Origin: an uncultured Chlamydiae bacterium
GTDB lineage: Bacteria; Chlamydiota; Chlamydiia; Chlamydiales; Parachlamydiaceae
NCBI GenBank assembly: GCA_963830365.1
Contig: CAWHMU010000045.1
Span: 96,001-160,000, forward strand
DNA: 64,000 bases
Direction: 5' to 3'
Positions 47,759 through 56,887 of the stretch are shown here, piece by piece. Positions within the stretch are counted from its first letter, which is position 1, and every line of letters starts with the position of its first letter. The notes beneath the pieces were generated by a model, which saw only the letters and a list, made by a program, of their open reading frames with translations, was not told where the DNA came from and made no database searches. The translations under genes were made by a program, and so were the position numbers.

Positions 47759-48970
47759 ATGAAGACCAATCACATTTCGCAGGCCGGCAGCGTGCCTGGT
47801 GCCATGCTGCTCATTTCCGGCTGTTGTATAGGCGCCGGCATGTTGGGATTGCCGATCATGTCGGGCATGTCAGGCTTTGAACCCTCATTAGTCATGTTCG
47901 TGATCAGCTGGCTGTTTATGACGACCACGGCGTTGCTATTGCTGGAAGTAAATTTGTGGTTTAGCGATGAGGTGAGCATCATCTCCATGGCGGACCGCAC
48001 CCTGGGTTTTTTTGGCAAAGCCGCAGGCTGGCTGTGTTTCGTCTTCTTGTTTTATACTTTAGGGATCGCCTATATCGCCGGCAGTGGCGAGTTGATCGCC
48101 GATTTTGCACTGGAAACGACGGGCGTGGCCCTGCCGCCGTGGTTGGGCAGCCTCTGTGTGAGCATGCTGTTTGGGGTTTTCGTTTATCTTGGCACGCAGT
48201 CGGTCGATCTATTCAACCGGCTGCTGATGCTGGGTCTTGTGCTATCGTATATCTTGCTGGTGGTGCTAGGCGCCCCGCATGTCGATGCCGCCTATTTCAA
48301 GCATAAAGACTGGTCGATGGCAGCGGCGGTGTTGCCGGTGATGATCATCTCTTTCGGCTTCCACAATCTGGTGCCGAGCTTGACGACCTATCTTAACGGC
48401 GATGCCAGGCGTTTGCGGATTGCCATCATTGGTGGCAGCGCCATCCCGCTGCTTATTTACCTTGTCTGGGAATGGCTGATTCTAGGACTTGTCCCTGTGC
48501 ATGGCAAGGGGGGCTTTTTAGAAGCTATGGCGGGTGGAAATATGGCCACCGAAGTGTTAAAAAGAGCCGTCGGCAGCTCATGGGTAGTCGATGTGGCGCA
48601 GTATTTTGCCTTCTTTGCCATCCTGACATCATTCTTGGGCAATTCGCTGAGCTTTGTCGATTTCCTGGCCGACGGGCTGCATGTGAAGAAGGACCGTACG
48701 GGCAAGTTCGGTTTGTGCCTGCTGGTGATTCTGCCGCCCTTTGCCATGGCGCTGGCCTATCCAGGGATTTTCCTTAGCGCTTTGAATTATGCCGGCGCCT
48801 TTGGCGCCGTGATTCTGTTCGGCATTCTGCCTGCCTTAATGGTATGGTCGGGGCGTTACCATAAAAAGCTGGGCCAGGCACAGATGGTCCCCGGCGGTAA
48901 GGGCCTACTGCTGGTAATTATACTTTTTGCCTTCGGCGTGATGGCGTTGCAACTTTTTGAGATGAGTTAA
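47759..48970 (+). CDS. tyrP: aromatic amino acid transporter (TyrP/Mtr family)
   Basis: G.MLLISG..IGAGMLGLP, LLLEVNL, SFGFHNLVPS, AI.TSFLG. Confidence 0.88.
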   Translation: MKTNHISQAGSVPGAMLLISGCCIGAGMLGLPIMSGMSGFEPSLVMFVISWLFMTTTALLLLEVNLWFSDEVSIISMADRTLGFFGKAAGWLCFVFLFYTLGIAYIAGSGELIADFALETTGVALPPWLGSLCVSMLFGVFVYLGTQSVDLFNRLLMLGLVLSYILLVVLGAPHVDAAYFKHKDWSMAAAVLPVMIISFGFHNLVPSLTTYLNGDARRLRIAIIGGSAIPLLIYLVWEWLILGLVPVHGKGGFLEAMAGGNMATEVLKRAVGSSWVVDVAQYFAFFAILTSFLGNSLSFVDFLADGLHVKKDRTGKFGLCLLVILPPFAMALAYPGIFLSALNYAGAFGAVILFGILPALMVWSGRYHKKLGQAQMVPGGKGLLLVIILFAFGVMALQLFEMS

Positions 48971-48971
48971 C

Positions 48972-50207
48972 ATGATAATGAAAAGACATAGCAAGTTAAT
49001 CGGCGGGGTGCTGCTGGTGGCAGGAACCGCCACAGGGGCGGGCATGCTGGCGTTGCCGGTGAGTACCGGCATGGCAGGTTTCTTGCCGTCATTGATGGTG
49101 TTCATATTCTATTGGGCCTATATGACGTATACGGCCTTTCTGATGCTGGAAGTCAATTTGTGGATCGGCGAAGGCACGAACCTCATTTCGATGGCCCGGC
49201 AAACGTTAGGTAGATGGGGACAGGCTTTCAGCTGGCTGATATATTTGTTTCTGCTCTATGCCTTGACGACCGCCTACATCGCCGGCAGCGCGCCGATAGT
49301 CATTGACGGCATTAAAGCCCTGACGGGCTTCATTCTGCCCGAATGGGCAGGGGCTATCCCGTTGTTGACCATCTTCGGCTTTTTCGTCTATAAGGGCATG
49401 CATTCCGTCGACCGCGTCAACCGCCTGCTGATGCTGGGGTTGGTGGTGGCTTACGGCCTGCTGGTGGTCTTTTTGACGCCGCATGTCGACGGGGAGCTGC
49501 TGAGACATGTCGATATGAAGTATGTGCTGATGGGGGTGTCGGTGGTGGCGACATCGTTTGGCTTCCACATCATCATTCCGAGCTTGGTGACGTATTTGGA
49601 AGGCGATGTGGCTAAGCTTAAGCGCGTGCTGGTTATCGGCAGCGCCATTCCGCTTTTGGTCTATATTTTATGGGAATTCCTGACTTTAGGCATCATCCCG
49701 ATTACGGGGCCGCATGGTATCCGGCAAGGGTATCTTGAAGGCAGCAACGGCGCGCATCTGCTGACGGCCTTTCTCGGGCATTCCCTCATCGCCATGGTGG
49801 CCCGCTTCTTTTCTTTCTTTGCCATCGTCACCTCATTTTTGGGGGTGTCACTCAGTCTTTCGGATTTCCTGGCCGATGGCTTGCGCATCAGGAAGACGCG
49901 CGGCGGCCGGGTGCTGTTGTACCTGATGACTTTTGTGCCGCCATTAGTCATCACGCTGATCGACCCGCGGGCTTTTTTAAGCGCCTTGGAATATGCCGGT
50001 GCTTTCGGCGTGGTGACGCTGCTGGGACTTCTGCCGGCGATGATGGTGTGGTCGGGTCGTTATCGCAAACGCCTGGCTGAAGGCTCCTCTTTCCGGACGC
50101 CGGGAGGCAAGGCCTTGCTGGTAGTTGTCATGCTGATTTCGCTGGGAGTCATCGTGATGGAGATCGCCATCAAAACCAATTTTCTGCCCGTGCCGATAGC
50201 CAAATAA
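48972..50207 (+). CDS. tyrP: aromatic amino acid transporter (TyrP/Mtr family), paralog 2
   Basis: [34 protein letters not shown]. Confidence 0.88.
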   Translation: MIMKRHSKLIGGVLLVAGTATGAGMLALPVSTGMAGFLPSLMVFIFYWAYMTYTAFLMLEVNLWIGEGTNLISMARQTLGRWGQAFSWLIYLFLLYALTTAYIAGSAPIVIDGIKALTGFILPEWAGAIPLLTIFGFFVYKGMHSVDRVNRLLMLGLVVAYGLLVVFLTPHVDGELLRHVDMKYVLMGVSVVATSFGFHIIIPSLVTYLEGDVAKLKRVLVIGSAIPLLVYILWEFLTLGIIPITGPHGIRQGYLEGSNGAHLLTAFLGHSLIAMVARFFSFFAIVTSFLGVSLSLSDFLADGLRIRKTRGGRVLLYLMTFVPPLVITLIDPRAFLSALEYAGAFGVVTLLGLLPAMMVWSGRYRKRLAEGSSFRTPGGKALLVVVMLISLGVIVMEIAIKTNFLPVPIAK

Positions 50208-50235
50208 TTTTAACAATTGTAGAAAAAGACATCTT

Positions 50236-51300
50236 ATGGAAACTATAGCAAAGAAAAGAATATTAACCGGCGACCGCCCTACCGGCCGTCTGCACCTCGG
50301 CCATTATGTAGGCTCGCTGAAAAATCGCGTCGCTCTGCAAGATCAGTATGAATGCTATTTCATCATCGCCGACTTGCATGTGCTGACCACCAAGCCTTCG
50401 AAAGAAGACATCCTCAATTTGCGCGAGCATATCCGCGAGATGCTGCTCGACTATTTGGCTTGCGGCATCGATCCGCGCAAGGCTACGATTTATCTGCAGT
50501 CGGCCGCGCCGGCAGTCTATGAGATGAATCTGATTTTTGAAATGCTCGTCTCACTTAACCGCCTGACAGGCCTACCGAGTCTTAAAGAGATGGCGCGCAA
50601 TGCGCATATGGATGCTGAAAGCATCCCCTTTGGTCTGATCGGCTATCCCGTGCTGCAGACGGCAGACATCCTGATGGCCAAGGCGCATGTGGTGCCGGTG
50701 GGCAAGGACAATGAAGCCCATATTGAGCTGTCGCGCGATATCGCCCGGCGCTTCAACCAGTATTATGGCGAAGTCTTCCCACTGCCTGAAGCTTTGCTTA
50801 GCGATGTGCCCACCCTCGTCGGCATCGATGGCAAAGGCAAGATGAGCAAATCGGCCAACAACGCCATCTATCTAAGCGACGATGCCAAAACCGTCGAAAA
50901 GAAGGTCAAAGGCATGTACACCGATCCAAACCGCGTACATGCACATGTCCCTGGCACGGTGGAAGGCAATCCCGTATTCATCTACCACGATATCTTCAAT
51001 CCCGACCGCGCCGAAGTCGAGAACTTAAAAGCGCGCTACCGCCAAGGCACGGTGGGCGACGTGGAAGTGAAGGGGAGTCTGATTGCCGTCATCAATGGCT
51101 TCTTAGAACCGATCCGCCGGCTGCGTCAAGATTTTGAAGCTGATAAAGGTCTGGTCGAACAGATCATCTACGAAGGCACTCAGAAGATGATCGACGTCTC
51201 CAATGCCACCCTCAAAGAAATGCGCAGCGCCATGGGCCTTGGCGGGGCATGGAATAAAATCTCGCGCATCGCCCGCGAGCGCCGGGAAAATATGCTGTAA
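50236..51300 (+). CDS. trpS: tryptophan--tRNA ligase
   Basis: TGDRPTG.LHLGHY, YPVLQ.ADIL, KMSKS. Confidence 0.96.
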   Translation: METIAKKRILTGDRPTGRLHLGHYVGSLKNRVALQDQYECYFIIADLHVLTTKPSKEDILNLREHIREMLLDYLACGIDPRKATIYLQSAAPAVYEMNLIFEMLVSLNRLTGLPSLKEMARNAHMDAESIPFGLIGYPVLQTADILMAKAHVVPVGKDNEAHIELSRDIARRFNQYYGEVFPLPEALLSDVPTLVGIDGKGKMSKSANNAIYLSDDAKTVEKKVKGMYTDPNRVHAHVPGTVEGNPVFIYHDIFNPDRAEVENLKARYRQGTVGDVEVKGSLIAVINGFLEPIRRLRQDFEADKGLVEQIIYEGTQKMIDVSNATLKEMRSAMGLGGAWNKISRIARERRENML

Positions 51301-51307
51301 TTGAGTC

Positions 51308-52692
51308 GTAAAGGTCCGAAAGTGCATCACAGAGGCACCGAGGCAAAGAGAAACAAGCCGCCAAAACAAACCGACCGCGAAATATAAAGCAGCCTGTGGT
51401 GGTTAGGCTGAATTTGTATATAAAAAATACAACGCAAAGGAACAGCCAAGAGGCGCAAAGGCGTAAAGTAGCAAGCAGCAAAACACAAAAACAGGATGGC
51501 AGGATAAACGCAGTCTCAAGCATACTGGATATTGATACCGGCTGAGGCGTCCTTTTCCTTCTAGTGTGCTTAGCCTGCTATCATGTTTTTGTTTCCGGTT
51601 TACCCATGGTCGCGGACCATGGGCTATAGGCCTTAAGACCACTAAGCGGCAAGCTGCAAGCCAGCGCCATGTATTACTGTTTCCCCTATTACCCCGTGAG
51701 CATGTACGTTATACCATGGTCTAGTGGTTTACATTCATCTATAAAGTTGTCCAAACCAGTATAAGTCTCTATTTTCGGAAATCAAGGACGAAGATTTGTT
51801 GGCCAACATATAGCCGTTAAACCGAATTTCAGGAAAGCCTAAGGTTGAGATCCGATAGGCGTAGTCGTTATACACATTAAATTGCTCCACTTCGGTATAC
51901 TGTCCCAGCAGATCCCTGATTATGATCAGATCTACACTTGGATCACCCGAGAGATGACCAGCAACCTCCCAAATGGATCCATCGCTCAACATCATTGAAA
52001 ACTGTTGTTCACCAGGCGATACAGCTATCAGGTCAATTCTTGGATTGCCATATAGCACGGGTGATTCGAGCTTTATCTTTAAAGATCGGGCTTCCCAAAC
52101 TTTTTCCGCAAAGTCCCCTGTCCATTCAAAATCGATGGCTGCAACTAATATCTTATATAATTTCTCTAGCTCATTAATGGTCAATCCTTTCGCCAGCTCT
52201 TTTAGGACTTCACCCTCGGTTTTTTCTTGCAGATTAAGAAAAATGGCGTCAAGTAGGCTTTGATTTGTCTCGATTGCATCAATTTCCAACCAGCCCTTTA
52301 TCGAATGAATATCAAATTCCGGATACGTCGGAGTCGCGTAGGATGGAGCGGCCATGGTTTGACCATGTACAGGCAGATAGGCAAGCGTTGAGATTAAGCA
52401 GAGAATCAAAGTTATGTTTTTTTTAAATTTATGCATGTCATTCCCTTTTATTAGTTTAATCATTAGCTAATTTTTCTGGAATTAGCCTATTGAGCGAACA
52501 CCCTCTCTGATGGTGACCCTGTATTATCATCTTTGTTTATTATCTTATTAGTTTATTTATCGATTATATAATATTGTTGTTAAGTAAATATAAAGATAAA
52601 GTAAGTTAAGCCAGGCCTGTTTGTTTTTGCTTGTTTGTTCTTCTGTGACTCTGTGTCTCTGAGTCCCAGTGGTTTTTGTGCGGACCTTTTAC
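51308..52692. mobile_element. palindrome-shell-bounded insertion with a cargo gene between trpS and uvrB
   Basis: outer inverted arms gtaaaggtccg..cacagaggcaccgaggc / ctgtgactctgtgtctctg..cggaccttttac; left modules homologous to 33900-34070. Confidence 0.6.
51735..52436 (-). CDS. orphan exported protein
   Basis: MHKFKK plus hydrophobic signal-like segment; AT-richer than flanking genes. Confidence 0.7.
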   Translation of the reverse strand: MHKFKKNITLILCLISTLAYLPVHGQTMAAPSYATPTYPEFDIHSIKGWLEIDAIETNQSLLDAIFLNLQEKTEGEVLKELAKGLTINELEKLYKILVAAIDFEWTGDFAEKVWEARSLKIKLESPVLYGNPRIDLIAVSPGEQQFSMMLSDGSIWEVAGHLSGDPSVDLIIIRDLLGQYTEVEQFNVYNDYAYRISTLGFPEIRFNGYMLANKSSSLISENRDLYWFGQLYR

Positions 52693-52780
52693 CATTACAC
52701 CATCTAGTCCAACGGGTTAGGTCTCTGTTAGGCGCGCGATTGCCATTTCTAAGATATCACTTTTGTGGTAGCATGAGTGT

Positions 52781-54790
52781 ATGCCGGAATTTAAACTAAA
52801 GACAGATTTTACGCCGTGCGGCGACCAGCCGCAGGCCATTGACAAACTGGTTGATGGACTGGTCTCGGGGCGTCCTGCGCAAGTGCTGCTGGGCATTACG
52901 GGGTCGGGCAAGACCTTCACCATGGCCAACGTCATCCAGCGGGTGCAGCGTCCGACACTCGTCATGGCCCACAATAAGACGTTGGCCGCCCAGCTGTATC
53001 AGGAATTTAAGAATTTCTTTCCCGAAAACGCCATCGAATATTTCGTGTCGTATTACGACTACTATCAACCGGAAGCCTATATCGCCCGTACCGATACGTA
53101 CATTGAAAAAGACATGGCCATCAATGATAAGATCGATAAGATGCGCCTTAGCGCCACGCGCTCGCTCTTGGAGCGCAATGATGTGATCATCATCGCTTCG
53201 GTATCGTGCATCTATGGTTTGGGATCGCCGGAATACTACCGCGGCATGAATCTTTCTCTGGCCGTCGGACTCAAGCGCCGCCGCGACGATATCCTATTGC
53301 ACCTTGTCGAGATGCAATATAAACGCAACGACTACGACTTTGCGCGCGCCACCTTCCGCGTGCGCGGCGATGTGCTAGAGATCTTCCCTGCCTATGAAGA
53401 GGATTTGGCGCTGCGCATCGAATTTTTTGATGACGACATCGAGAGGATTAGCGAGATCGATCCGCTGACGGGCAAAGTCAAGCGGCGCATCAATGAGGCC
53501 ACCATCTATCCAAGCTCCCACCACGTTACGCCCGAAGATGTGCGCTTGCATGCCATCGAGACCATCAAAGCCGAACTTAAAGAGCGCATGGCTTATTACG
53601 AGAGCCAAAATAAGCATATCGAATTGCAGCGCATCCAAGAGCGCACCATGCATGATCTGGAGATGATCAAGGAAGTGGGCTTCTGCAAAGGGATCGAGAA
53701 TTATTCGCGCCATTTCAGTCAGCGCCAGGTGGGAGATCCGCCGCCCACGCTGCTGGACTATTTCCCAGAAAACTATTTGGTGATCATCGATGAATCCCAC
53801 CAGACGATTCCGCAGCTGCACGCTATGTGCAACGGCGACCGCGCCCGCAAACAGGCGCTGGTGGAATTCGGCTTCCGCCTGCCTTCAGCCTTTGATAACC
53901 GCCCCTTGAAATTCGAAGAGTCGTATGCCCGCTTAAAACAAGTCGTCTATGTCTCGGCTACACCAAGTGAATGGGAAGTAAAACAGGCCGATGGCGAAGT
54001 GATCGAGCAGCTGATTCGTCCGACAGGACTGCTTGATCCTGAAATTGAAATCCGGCCGGCCGAAGGGCAGGTTGACGACTGCCTGGCCGAAATCCGTTTG
54101 CATATCAAGCGGGGGGGCAGGGTCTTGATTACCGTGCTGACCAAGCGCCTGGCGGAAGAGCTCTCCAAATACCTCACCGAACTCAATATCAAAGTCAAAT
54201 ATCTGCATTCCGATATCGATACTATTGAACGCGTGCAGATCATCCGCGACCTGCGCTGCGGCGTTTGCGATGTGCTGGTGGGGATCAACCTGCTGCGCGA
54301 GGGTTTGGATATGCCGGAGGTGTCGCTGGTGGCCATCATGGATGCCGACAAGGAAGGCTTTTTGCGCAGCGAGACGGCGCTGATCCAGACGTGCGGCCGC
54401 GCCGCCCGCAATCTTGAAGGACGTGTCATCATGTATGCCGATAAGATGACCAAGTCGATCCTAAGGACCATAGAAATCACCAATCAACGCCGCCTCATCC
54501 AGCAAAGCTATAACGAAGCAAACGGCATCATCCCTCGCTCCACCAAGCGCGATATCGCCCTGCTGGTGGAGCCTGAAACAGAAGTCGCTTATCCTCTTGT
54601 GGAAAGTGAAGCACCGCTTAAAGTGGCCGAAGAGGCCCACGAATATCTGACACCGCAGGAAGTCGACCGCAAAATCAAACACTACGAAAATGAAATGAAA
54701 CGCGCTGCCAAAGAAATGCATTTCGAAGAGGCCGCCCAATTCCGCGACCTGATGCGCAAATACCAGCAGATGGAACTGGCCTTCGGCTAG
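52781..54790 (+). CDS. uvrB: excinuclease ABC subunit B
   Basis: [30 protein letters not shown]-terminal UVR motif. Confidence 0.97.
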   Translation: MPEFKLKTDFTPCGDQPQAIDKLVDGLVSGRPAQVLLGITGSGKTFTMANVIQRVQRPTLVMAHNKTLAAQLYQEFKNFFPENAIEYFVSYYDYYQPEAYIARTDTYIEKDMAINDKIDKMRLSATRSLLERNDVIIIASVSCIYGLGSPEYYRGMNLSLAVGLKRRRDDILLHLVEMQYKRNDYDFARATFRVRGDVLEIFPAYEEDLALRIEFFDDDIERISEIDPLTGKVKRRINEATIYPSSHHVTPEDVRLHAIETIKAELKERMAYYESQNKHIELQRIQERTMHDLEMIKEVGFCKGIENYSRHFSQRQVGDPPPTLLDYFPENYLVIIDESHQTIPQLHAMCNGDRARKQALVEFGFRLPSAFDNRPLKFEESYARLKQVVYVSATPSEWEVKQADGEVIEQLIRPTGLLDPEIEIRPAEGQVDDCLAEIRLHIKRGGRVLITVLTKRLAEELSKYLTELNIKVKYLHSDIDTIERVQIIRDLRCGVCDVLVGINLLREGLDMPEVSLVAIMDADKEGFLRSETALIQTCGRAARNLEGRVIMYADKMTKSILRTIEITNQRRLIQQSYNEANGIIPRSTKRDIALLVEPETEVAYPLVESEAPLKVAEEAHEYLTPQEVDRKIKHYENEMKRAAKEMHFEEAAQFRDLMRKYQQMELAFG

Positions 54791-55008
54791 TTGTTAAATG
54801 ACTGGCAGCGGGGGCAGCGGGTGATTTTCTTGGCGCCGGTGTCGAGGTAGGCGAAGCTGCAAAATTCGCAGACATGCAGATCTTGTGCCGACGGCAGGAT
54901 ACATTTATTGCGCGAGCGGAAATGGTGGTAAAGCCAGGCAGACAGCAGGCATACAAGCGTGAAACCTAAATACAGCATTAAAGCCGTGGTGGGGGATAGT
55001 TCGATCAT
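54787..55008 (-). CDS. small membrane-anchored zinc-ribbon protein
   Basis: TM helix plus CEFC...CPRC. Confidence 0.7.
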   Translation of the reverse strand: MIELSPTTALMLYLGFTLVCLLSAWLYHHFRSRNKCILPSAQDLHVCEFCSFAYLDTGAKKITRCPRCQSFNN

Positions 55009-55739
55009 GGCGCCCTTAAGTTGAAATGCAGTTCGACTTCGCCGTCCGTGACAAAGGCTTGTTTACCTGGGGCAAAGACGATGGCCTGCAGTAGGCCTTC
55101 GGCAAAGCGATCCAAGGCGGCGATATTGGTGAGTTCTTTTGGCTCATGCCAGAAGATACGTCCTGAATGCTCTTCGACAAGTACATGATAGATGGTGCGC
55201 AGCTCCGGATTGCCAGCATAGTTAATGCGCGGCAGCCTTTTATCTTGTAAGCCGTCAGCCAGCAGGCTTTTTCCGGACAGCGGTCCTGAAATCATCAGCG
55301 TGATCGGGGGCAAAGGGGGCTTGTGCAGAGGGGCAAAGACAGGCTGATAGACATTTCTTTCGATATGCGAGAATGGATTGTGCGGCTTGTCGTTTTCTTT
55401 GAGATATTCCATCGGTCGCAAAGCCAGCAGCGTGGGTTGCTCGGGTAATATAGGCAATGAGGGCCTGGCGGGCGGAAGACCGCTGGCTATTGGCAGGGGA
55501 GGTGTGACGGCGATCACGACGCCTGCGTCATTGAAAGAGGCTTCGACTTGGACAGGCGGAAATAGCGTTTCGCTCCAGCGTATTTTGAAAGGGGCGATAT
55601 GGAAGATAAGCAGAAAAAGCAGATGGAATCCGGCAGCCAAAGCAAAGGCAATCAGGAATGAATGGGTGAAAAAATATTCCTTATCACGGATGATAATGCT
55701 GATCTGTCTGTCGGACGAGGCTTTTTGTAACTTTAGCAT
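55005..55739 (-). CDS. membrane-anchored proline-rich protein (possible TonB/TolA-like partner)
   Basis: single TM helix, Pro-rich linker, in operon after exbB-exbD. Confidence 0.55.
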   Translation of the reverse strand: MLKLQKASSDRQISIIIRDKEYFFTHSFLIAFALAAGFHLLFLLIFHIAPFKIRWSETLFPPVQVEASFNDAGVVIAVTPPLPIASGLPPARPSLPILPEQPTLLALRPMEYLKENDKPHNPFSHIERNVYQPVFAPLHKPPLPPITLMISGPLSGKSLLADGLQDKRLPRINYAGNPELRTIYHVLVEEHSGRIFWHEPKELTNIAALDRFAEGLLQAIVFAPGKQAFVTDGEVELHFNLRAP

Positions 55740-55745
55740 AATATT

Positions 55746-56192
55746 TTAGAGATATTCGGCTTCTTGGGCTTCATCGGGTTGATAGACCAGGCGGATGCGT
55801 GGCGAACTTTCCTGTACGATGGAAAATAAACGCAAAAAGGAACCATAATCTACGCGTCGATCGACACTGAGTACGACCGTCGGCACGACATGGGCATGCA
55901 GCTTTTGCAGCTGGGCAATCTCATCATGCAGCTGTTGCTTAACCGAAGCCAAATCTATGATGGCTTTTTTCGAACCCACATAGATGACATTTTGGGCGTC
56001 CATGACAACTAAGACCTGGGTTGTCAATGGGGCCGAGTTGCGCTCAAGCTTGGGATTTTCAATGTTTAGTGATTTGAGCGGCAGGATGTCGGAAGTGACA
56101 ATGAAAAAGATGAGCATGAGGAAGATGACATCGACCAGCGGGGTCATATCGATCAAACTATGCGAAACTTTGAGGTTGGTCTTAAACTTCAC
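55746..56192 (-). CDS. exbD: biopolymer transporter ExbD/TolR
   Basis: IDMTPLVDVIFLMLIFFIV. Confidence 0.9.
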   Translation of the reverse strand: MKFKTNLKVSHSLIDMTPLVDVIFLMLIFFIVTSDILPLKSLNIENPKLERNSAPLTTQVLVVMDAQNVIYVGSKKAIIDLASVKQQLHDEIAQLQKLHAHVVPTVVLSVDRRVDYGSFLRLFSIVQESSPRIRLVYQPDEAQEAEYL

Positions 56193-56206
56193 AATCTACC
56201 TGTTGA

Positions 56207-56887
56207 TCAATAGTTTACTTCCTGCTGGCGCTCGGTGAGCAAGTCGACGATTTCCGAAGAAGTCGTTTGGATCTCAAGGATGAATCCGTCGACGCGGCTG
56301 ACGATATAATTATAGGCGATGATGGAAGGGATGGCGACCACCAGGCCTGCGGCTGTGGTGACTAGGGCATATTCCATGGCTTCGCCGATGCGCGTGGCCG
56401 AGATGTCGACAAGGCCGCTCATGCGCATTTCAGAGAAAGCCTGGATGAATCCCAGCACGGTGCCAAGCAAGCCGATCAGCGGCGTGATGTAGGCGATGAT
56501 GGACAGCAGTTTGGCATTTTTCTCCAGCCGGGCGATTTCCACCAGGCCGGCAATTTCCATGGCATTTTCGATAGATTCTTTGGCGCGGTTGTGCTTAATC
56601 AGGCCGGCTTTGATGATATTGGCAATAGTGCCGCCGGTTTTTTCACACACGCCGATGGCTTCGACGATATTGCCGTCTTTGATCGACTGGCGCATATTGA
56701 GGATGAACTTATTGGTGTCGATCTCCGATTTGCGCAGGTGCATGAGGCGTTCGATAAAAATGGTGAAACTCAATATCGAACAGCCGCCGATGATCAGCAG
56801 GATGATATTCCAATTCGAGTTGTATTGAAATAAGCTGGCCAGCAAGTTAGTGAAGCTGGGCCATGACAGGGAGATATTAATATCCAT
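56207..56887 (-). CDS. exbB: MotA/TolQ/ExbB proton channel protein
   Basis: PLIGLLGTV.G.I.AF, AL.TTAAGL.VAIP. Confidence 0.9.
   Translation of the reverse strand: MDINISLSWPSFTNLLASLFQYNSNWNIILLIIGGCSILSFTIFIERLMHLRKSEIDTNKFILNMRQSIKDGNIVEAIGVCEKTGGTIANIIKAGLIKHNRAKESIENAMEIAGLVEIARLEKNAKLLSIIAYITPLIGLLGTVLGFIQAFSEMRMSGLVDISATRIGEAMEYALVTTAAGLVVAIPSIIAYNYIVSRVDGFILEIQTTSSEIVDLLTERQQEVNY

Noticed and set aside
47759..50207. Tandem tyrP duplication as a novelty
   Set aside because: Tandem tyrP paralogs are known in chlamydiae and these two are strongly diverged
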